The position numbers and the translations under genes were made by a program. The notes below the pieces were generated by a model. It did no database searches. It saw nothing but the letters and a program-made list of their open reading frames with translations, and was not told the DNA's origin. A DNA stretch of 49,445 nucleotides from Myxococcales bacterium (GTDB lineage Bacteria > Myxococcota_A > Polyangia > Polyangiales > Polyangiaceae), in assembly GCA_043747615.1 (NCBI GenBank), contig JAYTOU010000100.1, positions 1 through 49,445 of the forward strand, given 5' to 3'. The first letter of the stretch is position 1. Each line of letters begins with the position of its first letter. Below are positions 9,241-17,600 of the stretch, one piece after another.

Positions 9241-10471
9241 GCAAGCGCTCACTACCAATATTCCGAACAACCGCGTCAAGATTCTCCTCCTCGAGAACAT
9301 CCATCCGAGCGCGATGGAGGTCTTCGCCCATGAGGGCTTTCAGGTGGAAACGTCGGCGTCTGCGCCCAAGCCCGACGAGCTGAAAAAAATAATTCGCGAT
9401 GTGCATATTCTCGGAATTCGCAGCAAGACCCACATTCCGGCGGATGCGCTGAAGGAGGCCCGTCAGCTCCTGGCGCTCGGCTGCTTCTGCATCGGAACCA
9501 ACCAGGTGGATCTCGACGCGGCGAACCTGCGCGGCGTGCCCGTCTTCAACGCGCCGTTCAGCAACACCCGCAGCGTGGCCGAAATGATCCTCGCCGAGAT
9601 CGTGATCTTGGCACGCCAGATCGGCGATCGGTCGCGCGAGATGCACGACGGAAACTGGCGGAAGGTCGCTGCAGGTTGTTACGAAGTACGCGGAAAAACC
9701 CTGGGAATCGTGGGCTACGGGCACATCGGAACGCAGATCGGCGTTCTCGCGGAGTCTTTCGGTCTGCGGGTCATCTTCTTCGACATCGGAACCAAGCTGC
9801 CCATCGGAAACAACCGCTCCGTCGATACCCTCGGTGAGCTCCTTCGCGAGGCGGACTTCGTGACGCTCCACGTGCCAGCCACGCCCCAGACCGCAGGGAT
9901 GATCGGCCCGAGCGAGCTTGCCCAGATGAAGCCGGGCAGCTACTTGCTCAATGCCAGCCGCGGAGGCGTGGTGCAGATCAGCGCGCTCGCCGCGAGCATC
10001 AAGGCCGGCCACCTCCACGGCGCCGCGATCGACGTCTACCCCGACGAGCCCGAGGCCAACGGCGAAGGCTTCGAGAGCGAGCTCCGCGGGCTTCCGAACG
10101 TGCTCCTCACGCCGCATATCGGCGGCTCGACGGAGGAAGCGCAGGCCGCGATCGGACGCGAGGTCGCCCTCAGCTTGACGCGTTTCATCAACAGCGGCGC
10201 GACGACGGGAGCCGTAAATTTCCCGCAAGTCGAGCTCCCGAAGCTCAAGGGCATGCACCGCATCCTCAACGTGCACAAGAACGTGCCGGGCGTGCTCCGC
10301 GACATCAACAAGATCGTCTCCGACCGGAACGCGAACATCCGCAGCCAAGTCCTCTCTACCGACGCAAATATCGGCTACTTGATCATGGACCTCGAACAAA
10401 ACGTCTCCGACGACGTCTGCTCGGACATCGCCGCCCTCCAGACCAACATCCGGACGCGCATCAATTACTAG
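9239..10471 (+). CDS. serA: D-3-phosphoglycerate dehydrogenase (E. coli-type with ACT domain)
   Basis: KILLLENIH, CFCIGTNQVDL, NAPFSNTRSVAE, GIVGYGHIG, TPHIGGSTEEAQ, ACT HKNVPGVL; ~410 aa from ATG 9239. Confidence 0.96.
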   Translation: MQALTTNIPNNRVKILLLENIHPSAMEVFAHEGFQVETSASAPKPDELKKIIRDVHILGIRSKTHIPADALKEARQLLALGCFCIGTNQVDLDAANLRGVPVFNAPFSNTRSVAEMILAEIVILARQIGDRSREMHDGNWRKVAAGCYEVRGKTLGIVGYGHIGTQIGVLAESFGLRVIFFDIGTKLPIGNNRSVDTLGELLREADFVTLHVPATPQTAGMIGPSELAQMKPGSYLLNASRGGVVQISALAASIKAGHLHGAAIDVYPDEPEANGEGFESELRGLPNVLLTPHIGGSTEEAQAAIGREVALSLTRFINSGATTGAVNFPQVELPKLKGMHRILNVHKNVPGVLRDINKIVSDRNANIRSQVLSTDANIGYLIMDLEQNVSDDVCSDIAALQTNIRTRINY

Positions 10472-10486
10472 GGACAAACACGAGAG

Positions 10487-11884
10487 CTACAGATCGAAGA
10501 TCTTTCCCGGATTCAAGATCTCACGCGGATCGAGTGCGCGCTTCACGGACTTCAGGAGCTCGATCTCCGCCGGGGAACGCGAGTAGCAAAGGTAGTCCTT
10601 CTTCAAAAGTCCGATGCCGTGCTCGGCAGAGATGCTTCCTTGGTGCGCGCGGACCAAGCGAAACATTTCGTGGTCCGCCTCTTTTGTTCGCGCGAAAAAT
10701 TCTTCCTTGGTCAGAGCGTCGGGCTTCATGACGTTGATGTGCAGGTTGCCATCGCCAATGTGCCCAAACACGCAAATTTCCCAGTCGGAGTAGCGCTCGT
10801 GAAAAACGCGATCGAGCTCGGACGAGAACGCTTCGAGGTTGGCGACGGGAAGCGCGACGTCGTTCTTGTGGGGAAGACCGGTCGCCGAGAGGCTTTCGCT
10901 GATCCCCTCGCGGAGCGCCCAGAGAGACGCGGCTTCGCTCGAGTGCTGAGCGAGCGTTCCGTCGGTGACGAGCCCGCGCTCGAAGAGAGAGGCGACCCAG
11001 GTTTCGATTGCCTCCGGTGCTGCGTTCTCCACCTCGATGAGCACGTAACAAGGATGCGCCTCCGCGAACGGAGGACGGAGCGCGCGGTGTTTTCGCACGC
11101 GCTCCAGGCAGGTTTGGGTGAAAAATTCGTACGCCATGATCGTGAAGGGCGCGCGCCGCGTCTCGCGAAATAGGCTCAATACGGCGTCGACTCCGGTAAC
11201 CCCGAAGAGAAACACGTCGAGCTTGCCGGGGAGGCGCGTGAGCTTCAGCGTCGCTTCGGTGATGATGCCGAGGGTTCCTTCGCTGCCGATGAAGAGCTGA
11301 CGGAGATCGAACCCGGTGTTGTTCTTTTCGAGTGCGCCATTGAGCTCGACCACCTCGCCGCTCGGCAGCACCACCTCGAGACCGAGCACCCACTGCCGCG
11401 TGAGCCCGTAGCGAATTACCTTCACGCCGCCGGCGTTGGTGGCGATATTTCCGCCGACGTGGCTCGAGCCCTTGGAGGCGAAATCGACCGGCCAGGTGAG
11501 ACCATGCGGCGCGCAGTGCTGGTGAACGGCCTCGGTGATCGCACCGGCTTGGACGCGAACCGTCGCGCCGAGCATTTCGACGGGATCCATTCGGCGCATG
11601 CGGGTGAGTGAGAGGACGAGCTCTCCGTGCGCGGCGACGGCTCCTCCGGCGAGCCCGGTGCGACCACCGGAAGGAACGATAGCGACTCCGTGCTCTGCGC
11701 AAAGCTTCACCACCCGCGATACCTCATCCGTCGTGCGCGGAAAGGCGATGGCCGAAGGTCGGGGCGTATGCACCTTCGTCCAGTCGCGCCCGTACTCGCG
11801 CAGATCAGCTTCGTCGCGCGAAAGGAAATCGGCCGGAAATTCCCGGGTAATTCGCGCGAAGAACGCTTCGTCCGCAAGTGTCAT
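10487..11884 (-). CDS. FAD-binding oxidoreductase (GlcD/D-2-hydroxyglutarate dehydrogenase-like)
   Basis: PSGGRTGLAGGA, GGNIATNAGG, IGSEGTLG, HIGDGNLH, SAEHGIG, LNPGK; adjacent to serA. Confidence 0.88.
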   Translation of the reverse strand: MTLADEAFFARITREFPADFLSRDEADLREYGRDWTKVHTPRPSAIAFPRTTDEVSRVVKLCAEHGVAIVPSGGRTGLAGGAVAAHGELVLSLTRMRRMDPVEMLGATVRVQAGAITEAVHQHCAPHGLTWPVDFASKGSSHVGGNIATNAGGVKVIRYGLTRQWVLGLEVVLPSGEVVELNGALEKNNTGFDLRQLFIGSEGTLGIITEATLKLTRLPGKLDVFLFGVTGVDAVLSLFRETRRAPFTIMAYEFFTQTCLERVRKHRALRPPFAEAHPCYVLIEVENAAPEAIETWVASLFERGLVTDGTLAQHSSEAASLWALREGISESLSATGLPHKNDVALPVANLEAFSSELDRVFHERYSDWEICVFGHIGDGNLHINVMKPDALTKEEFFARTKEADHEMFRLVRAHQGSISAEHGIGLLKKDYLCYSRSPAEIELLKSVKRALDPREILNPGKIFDL

Positions 11885-11919
11885 CGACGCCACAATAGCA
11901 GCCAGATAAGAATGTTCGC

Positions 11920-13023
11920 ATGACACGCGCACTGAACTTCAACGCTGGTCCGGCCACCCTCCCACTCGCCGCCCTCGAGCGCGCTCAAAAAGAGCTGCTC
12001 GATTTTTCCGGCACCGGCATGAGCGTGATGGAGCACAGCCACCGCGGGAAAGAATACGAAGCGGTCCACGACGAGGCCATCGCCCTCCTCCGCGATCTTT
12101 GCGGCATCTCCGCCGACTACGAGGTGCTCTTTCTCCAGGGCGGGGCGTCACAGCAGTTCGCGCAGATCCCGATGAACTTTCTCGAGAAGGGGTCGAGCGC
12201 CGACTACGTCGTGAACGGCGCCTGGGGTGAGAAGGCCGTCGCCGAGGCGGAGCTCGTTGCGAAGATGGTTGGAGCGAAGGTCTGCGTGGCCGCGAATACC
12301 CTCGAAAACAAGGCATTCGTGCGAGTCCCGCGCGCGAACGAGCTCAAGCTCGATGCGAACGCGGCCTACCTCCACGTGACGAGCAACGAGACCATTCACG
12401 GCGTGCAGTTCACCGAGTTACCGCGCAGCGGATCGGTCCCCTTGGTGTGCGACATGTCCAGTGACTTCATGTGGAAGAAAATAGACGTCTCGCCGTTCTC
12501 GATGATCTACGCCGGCGCCCAAAAGAATTTAGGGCCGAGCGGGGTCGTCATCGCCATCATCCGCAAAGACTTCATCGCCAAGGGGCGAAAAGACATCCCG
12601 AAAATTTTTCAGTACAGGACCGCGGCCGAGAATAACTCGCTCTACAACACGCCGCCGACCTTCGCGATCTACCTGGCGCGCAACGTCCTTCTGTGGGCGA
12701 AAGAGCGTGGCGGGCTCGAGGTCATCGAAGCCGAGAACCGGAAAAAAGCAGGGCTCCTCTACCAGACCATCGACGCGCATCCCGGCGTCTACACCTGCCC
12801 CATCGAGGTCGGGAGCCGCTCGACGATGAACGTCGTCTTTCGTTTGAAGAGCGAAGAGCTCGAGGACACATTCGTTAGCGAAGCAAAAAAGCGCCACATG
12901 GTGGGGATCAAAGGCCACCGCAGCGTCGGCGGGATTCGGGTGTCGCTCTACAACGCTGTTCCGCTCGAGTGGGTCCGCACGCTCACGGACTTCATGAACG
13001 AGTTCGCCGTCAGAGGTTCGTGA
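11920..13023 (+). CDS. serC: Phosphoserine aminotransferase
   Basis: [53 protein letters not shown]. Confidence 0.97.
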   Translation: MTRALNFNAGPATLPLAALERAQKELLDFSGTGMSVMEHSHRGKEYEAVHDEAIALLRDLCGISADYEVLFLQGGASQQFAQIPMNFLEKGSSADYVVNGAWGEKAVAEAELVAKMVGAKVCVAANTLENKAFVRVPRANELKLDANAAYLHVTSNETIHGVQFTELPRSGSVPLVCDMSSDFMWKKIDVSPFSMIYAGAQKNLGPSGVVIAIIRKDFIAKGRKDIPKIFQYRTAAENNSLYNTPPTFAIYLARNVLLWAKERGGLEVIEAENRKKAGLLYQTIDAHPGVYTCPIEVGSRSTMNVVFRLKSEELEDTFVSEAKKRHMVGIKGHRSVGGIRVSLYNAVPLEWVRTLTDFMNEFAVRGS

Positions 13024-13108
13024 GCGCCAGGGCCTCGAGCACCGCAGCGCCCCCGCTTCATGTCAGAGAGTAGGGGAATGCGGGTCGCTCCCGCGCGCGC
13101 GGCGGCTA

Positions 13109-13333
13109 CTACTTCTTTTTTGCGGCTTTGGCGCGAACGGCCTTGATGGCCTCGTCGAGCGCTTCGGCGACATCGGCGGTGACGCCTTCGCCACGTGCCC
13201 ACTGATCGGCCTTGATGAGCGTCGTTTGCGCCGTCTTTGCAAGCTTGGAGCGTTTCCCGCGTGTCATTTCCGCGAAGGCGCTCTGCGATTCGTTGGCGGT
13301 AACTTTCACCGCGGGGCTGAGAAATCCACGCAT
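13109..13333 (-). CDS. Small basic hypothetical protein (74 aa)
   Basis: AGGAG upstream, GC3-biased codons, tandem TAG stops; follows the upstream gene on the same strand. Confidence 0.6.
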   Translation of the reverse strand: MRGFLSPAVKVTANESQSAFAEMTRGKRSKLAKTAQTTLIKADQWARGEGVTADVAEALDEAIKAVRAKAAKKK

Positions 13334-13363
13334 GATCCGTCTCTCCTGAAGAAAATTGATCGC

Positions 13364-14677
13364 CTACTTACCAAGTCCGAAGGGATCAGGCCCGGAGAAA
13401 ATGGATAAACCGCACGAGTTCTTCGGAACCACGGTGAACCGGGCGCCGGGGATATCGCGGGTATCGAGGAGGACGACGCCGCTTAGCTCCGCGGTTCCGG
13501 TCACTGATTTGGTCAGCCCGCCGGCTACCGCCAAGGCTCCCAGTGACGCTCCGAGCGCGCCACCGACCGACGATTCGACCGATTGGGCGGCCAGCGCAGA
13601 GCACGGAACGGCCTGACTCTCGAGCGACGAATCAAGGCGAAAACCGCCGTCGAAGGGGAGGAGCGTGCCACGCACGGTGCCGACGAAGGGGCCTAGAGCA
13701 AAGGCGCCATCCTTGAGGGCCATCGGCTGACGCGGATCCCCATCCCAGGCGAGGTGGATCTTGGCGTTGGTCGGCCCCGGCATGCCCGGGACGCGCAGGC
13801 GCTCTACCGTCAGTGTCAGCGCGCCGTCCGCCGACGCCGCTTTCGGGGAGCGGACGTGCACAGCCGCTTCGACGAGGATGTCCTCCTGCGACCCGCCAGG
13901 CAGGGAGAGGAGCAAAGGGCCGATGCCGAGCGCCTTCAGCGGTGTCTTTGCGATGGTGAGGTCGATCGAAGACTTCGTGTCCTTGGGATCGCGAATACTC
14001 GTGATGGTGGCGAGCGTCGGGTTCGTTGGGTCGAGCGCGAGGATGACCTTCAGCTCGGACGGTGTTCGATCGACGTCGAGCCGCCACGGCCCGAGCTCCT
14101 TGCCCGCGCCGATGGTGCTGACGAGCTTTCCGATCGTGAGATGTCCTTTCGGAGCGCACGGCGCCGCCGCGACGCCGACCTCGCACGTGAGCTCCCCGGA
14201 CACGTCGGTGCCCTCTACCCGCGAGGCTTCGCCAACGGGCTTTAGCCAGAGAAAATGTGTAGATTGCATGGATACGCGCTTGATGGTCGGCGATCCCAAT
14301 CCGGGATGTGCGGCGCGGTAGCGGGCGAAGGCCGCGTTCAGGACCCGGGCGTCTCCTTGAAGTGCGATTTCGAGCCCGCTCGTCGCGAGTGACTCGGGGG
14401 CGAAACCGGAGAGCGACACGGTGACCTCTTCGGCCGCGGCGTGGGCTCCCGGGATCTCGGGAATCGCCGCCGCTACGCCGAGCAGCGTTACCTCGCCGAA
14501 GCCGATCCGCGCGCCGCTGACCGACAGAGTCACCCCTTGCTCCGCGGCAAGCGCGACGGCCCGACGCGCTACATAGGCGGGCGCGGCAATCGCCAGGACC
14601 CCCGCGACGACGAGGAGCGCGACGATGAACAACGCGAAATACGGCCCTTTTCGCGAGGACCGCTGCTTCGCTGTCAT
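13364..14677 (-). CDS. Membrane-anchored beta-rich envelope protein (AsmA-like appearance)
   Basis: ATG 14677 overlaps the TPR gene stop (ATGA); single N-terminal TM (FALFIVALLVVAGVLAIAAP) followed by beta-strand-rich sequence. The AsmA resemblance is inference. Confidence 0.7.
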   Translation of the reverse strand: MTAKQRSSRKGPYFALFIVALLVVAGVLAIAAPAYVARRAVALAAEQGVTLSVSGARIGFGEVTLLGVAAAIPEIPGAHAAAEEVTVSLSGFAPESLATSGLEIALQGDARVLNAAFARYRAAHPGLGSPTIKRVSMQSTHFLWLKPVGEASRVEGTDVSGELTCEVGVAAAPCAPKGHLTIGKLVSTIGAGKELGPWRLDVDRTPSELKVILALDPTNPTLATITSIRDPKDTKSSIDLTIAKTPLKALGIGPLLLSLPGGSQEDILVEAAVHVRSPKAASADGALTLTVERLRVPGMPGPTNAKIHLAWDGDPRQPMALKDGAFALGPFVGTVRGTLLPFDGGFRLDSSLESQAVPCSALAAQSVESSVGGALGASLGALAVAGGLTKSVTGTAELSGVVLLDTRDIPGARFTVVPKNSCGLSIFSGPDPFGLGK

Positions 14678-17600
14678 CCGGTCCACGAGGTCCCGATGCG
14701 TCGTCGCAGCGCCATCGCTTCTCCGGAAAGTGCGAACCGGCACACGTCCCCCGCGAAGGGATGCTCGAGAACCGCCTTCAGCGTCAGCGGCCCGGGCACT
14801 TCGGTGGCGTGGAAGAGCGGTGCATCGAGCGCGCGCATCTCGTCGAGTGTCGCCAGAAGATCTCCCGTGAGCAGCGACGCCGCGCGGACCTCGGCTTGAG
14901 CGAGCGCTCCGATGAAAGTGTCGATCGGGATGGGACGACCTTGCGGCGCGCCGATGTGCGGGGCGAGCTCCTCGAGAAGCTTTCGTTGCCGGCGCCCGAG
15001 CGCTCGGGCCACGTTCGGCTCGTATTGCGCGACCAGCTTCTGGGAGAGCACGTCGAGCTCGTCGGCGCCGTAGCCATGAACGACCTGACGCGCGCACGCG
15101 ATGAGCATGGCCTCGATGTGCGGCGGTGGCAGCTCCTCGACCCAGGGGACACCGAGAGATATTCGGGTGAGTGCACGAGCGAGCGAGGCGAGCTGCGTCG
15201 GCTCGGGGAGCTGGGTGAGCGCTTGGGGGACGACTACCCAGAGCTCGTCGAGCGCGAGGACGCGGGTGCGGGTGACGGATTGTGCGATCACCAGCTCGAT
15301 GTCGGCCAGGCCGAGGGTGCGGCACAGTCGTTCGAGGAGCGCGCGCGTGGGATGCCCGCTGCGAGGGCTCACGCGATCCCTCAGGGAAATGCCGATCTCC
15401 GTGAGGTCGGCGCGGAGAATTTTCGATTCCATGCCCGCGACGGCAGCAGCAATTTCGAGCATGACGTGCCGGCCTTCGGGTGGAAGGACGTGAGTGACGA
15501 TTGAAGGCCGATCGAGCTGCGCGTGGTGGGGCTCGAGCTGACCAAGCCGCCGTTGGCGTAGCCAGGCGAGTCTGCCGTTGTCGAGCTCGCCGGCCATCGC
15601 TCGGAGCTCGCTCACGACGAGCGCTTCTTCCGCGCGCCGCTCGGAGGAGAGCGATTGCTCGAGGAGAGTGAGCGCCGCGGCTGGCCCCTTCACCTCCAGG
15701 AGGGGCGTGCATACGGGGAGAAGCATCGATAGGAGCTGCCTCGAACAATCCTCGTGAGCACCGGCCTTCGCGTAGGCTCGCGCGAGCTCGTACCGTGTTT
15801 CGTAGAGGCCGGGATCAAGCTTCACCGCCTGCTGGTAGTGACCAATGCCTTCGCGGAGCTTCCCGAGCGACTCGATCTCGATTTGGCCGAGCGAGGCGAG
15901 CCAGGCCGCGTGCACTTTCCCGAGCTGCTGGCCGCGGGCGATCACCAACCCGAGAGCCCGCGCGAACGAAGCGTCGTCGCGCCCGGCTGCACCGCGCTCA
16001 GTCGCCGCGCCGGCTGGACCTCCACCTTTGGCTCCGAAGCACTGGGACAAGCGGTTGAAGGCTTTGCCGCTGCCCGGCGTCTGGGCGACGGCTTCGACGA
16101 GCGTGCGCTCCACCGCCGCTAGATCACCCAGTTTTCCGCGCAGCTCGGCGAGCTCGAGGAGGAGCTCGCATTTCTGATCCGGATCGCGCTCGACGACCGA
16201 GAGACGCTCGAGGAGCTCGGCGACCTCTTCGCGGCACTCCGGCTTGAGCGCGCCGTTCTCGGAATGGTGCGTCGTGAGATGACGAATGAGCGCGCGAAGA
16301 GCACGGGGGTTCGCCTGATCGATCGCGAGAGCCGCTCGCAGTGCACCCTCGGCGTCGACCGGTCGCGCGAGGACACGCTCGTAGATACTGGCGAGCGCGA
16401 AGAGCGCGGTGAGCCGTGGCGCCGCTTCACGCCCGAGGGCCACCACCGCTTCGAGCGCGTTCACCGCCTCGGGCCACGAGCGCTGCGCGATGCACAGCTC
16501 GGAGAGCGTGAGCAGGGAAGGCACGTGCTGGGGCGCCGCCTCGCGAACGCGCCGCATGGCATCGATGGCCACCGTGAGATCGCGAAGCTCGTCGCGCGCG
16601 ACCCGTGCGATCTCCGTGCCGAGAAGCACGATCGCGTCGGGAGTGCGCGCTCGTTTGATGGCCCCTCGGAAGGTGTCGAGGAGACGCTCCCCCTCGTGAT
16701 CTTCGACGCGCACGGACGACAGACGCGCCGCCGCAGGAAGCGAATCGGCATCGGCGTCGAGTGCTTTTTCGAGGAGCTCGCCGGCGCGGGTCCGTCGTGT
16801 GGCCACCTTTCCGAGGCGCTCGTCGCGATCGGGACCGAGGAGAAGCTCGGCCGCGTCGATCAGATAACGCGCGCGCGCCGTCGGAGCCGCTGACAGATCT
16901 GCGAGAGACACGGCCGCGGCCACGGCGCCTTCGGTGTCGTGCAGACGGGTGGCCGTGCGCGCGAGACCCGTCGCAGCGGTGACCGAGAGCTCGTCGAGGT
17001 GGAGCGCCGCGCGGTAGCGATCGTTGGCCTCGCGAATGATGGCCGAGCTCGTCGCTTCGCCAGTCGTGTCGTTGCCGGCTCCTTCGAGGATAAGTGCCAA
17101 CCGAAGCTGAATCGCCAGGCGCGTCCCGTCGTCCGAAGCCAACACGAAGAGCGCCCGGAGGGCTCCGATCACCGCCTTGCGCGATCGAGGCTCACCCCGG
17201 CGAGCGTTCGGAAGGTCCCTGCGGACCGTCGCTTCGAGCGCCGCCGGATCGGTCGGATCGAGCTGCAAAATCCGGGAGTACGTGCTCGCCGTGTCCCCCA
17301 CCGGGAGCCGCCATTCTTCGAGTGCCGCGAGCCCCCACAGCGAGCCCAAGCGCGCGCGCACGTCCTGGAACGCCTCGGCCTGGCGAGAGAGCGTGTTCGC
17401 GAGGGAGGCCCACTCACCCGTTTTTCGAGCCACGGCCTCGAGCGCGCGCAAGGATGGATGGTGGGCCGGGTCTTCGGCGAGGACGGACTCGAGGAGCGAA
17501 ACTGCGTGCGGGAGATCGCGCCCGAGCTCGACCAAGATGAGCGCGAGATCGAAGGAGAGCGCGCGCGCGAGGGCGCCGTCCGGCGATCGACCGATCCGTT

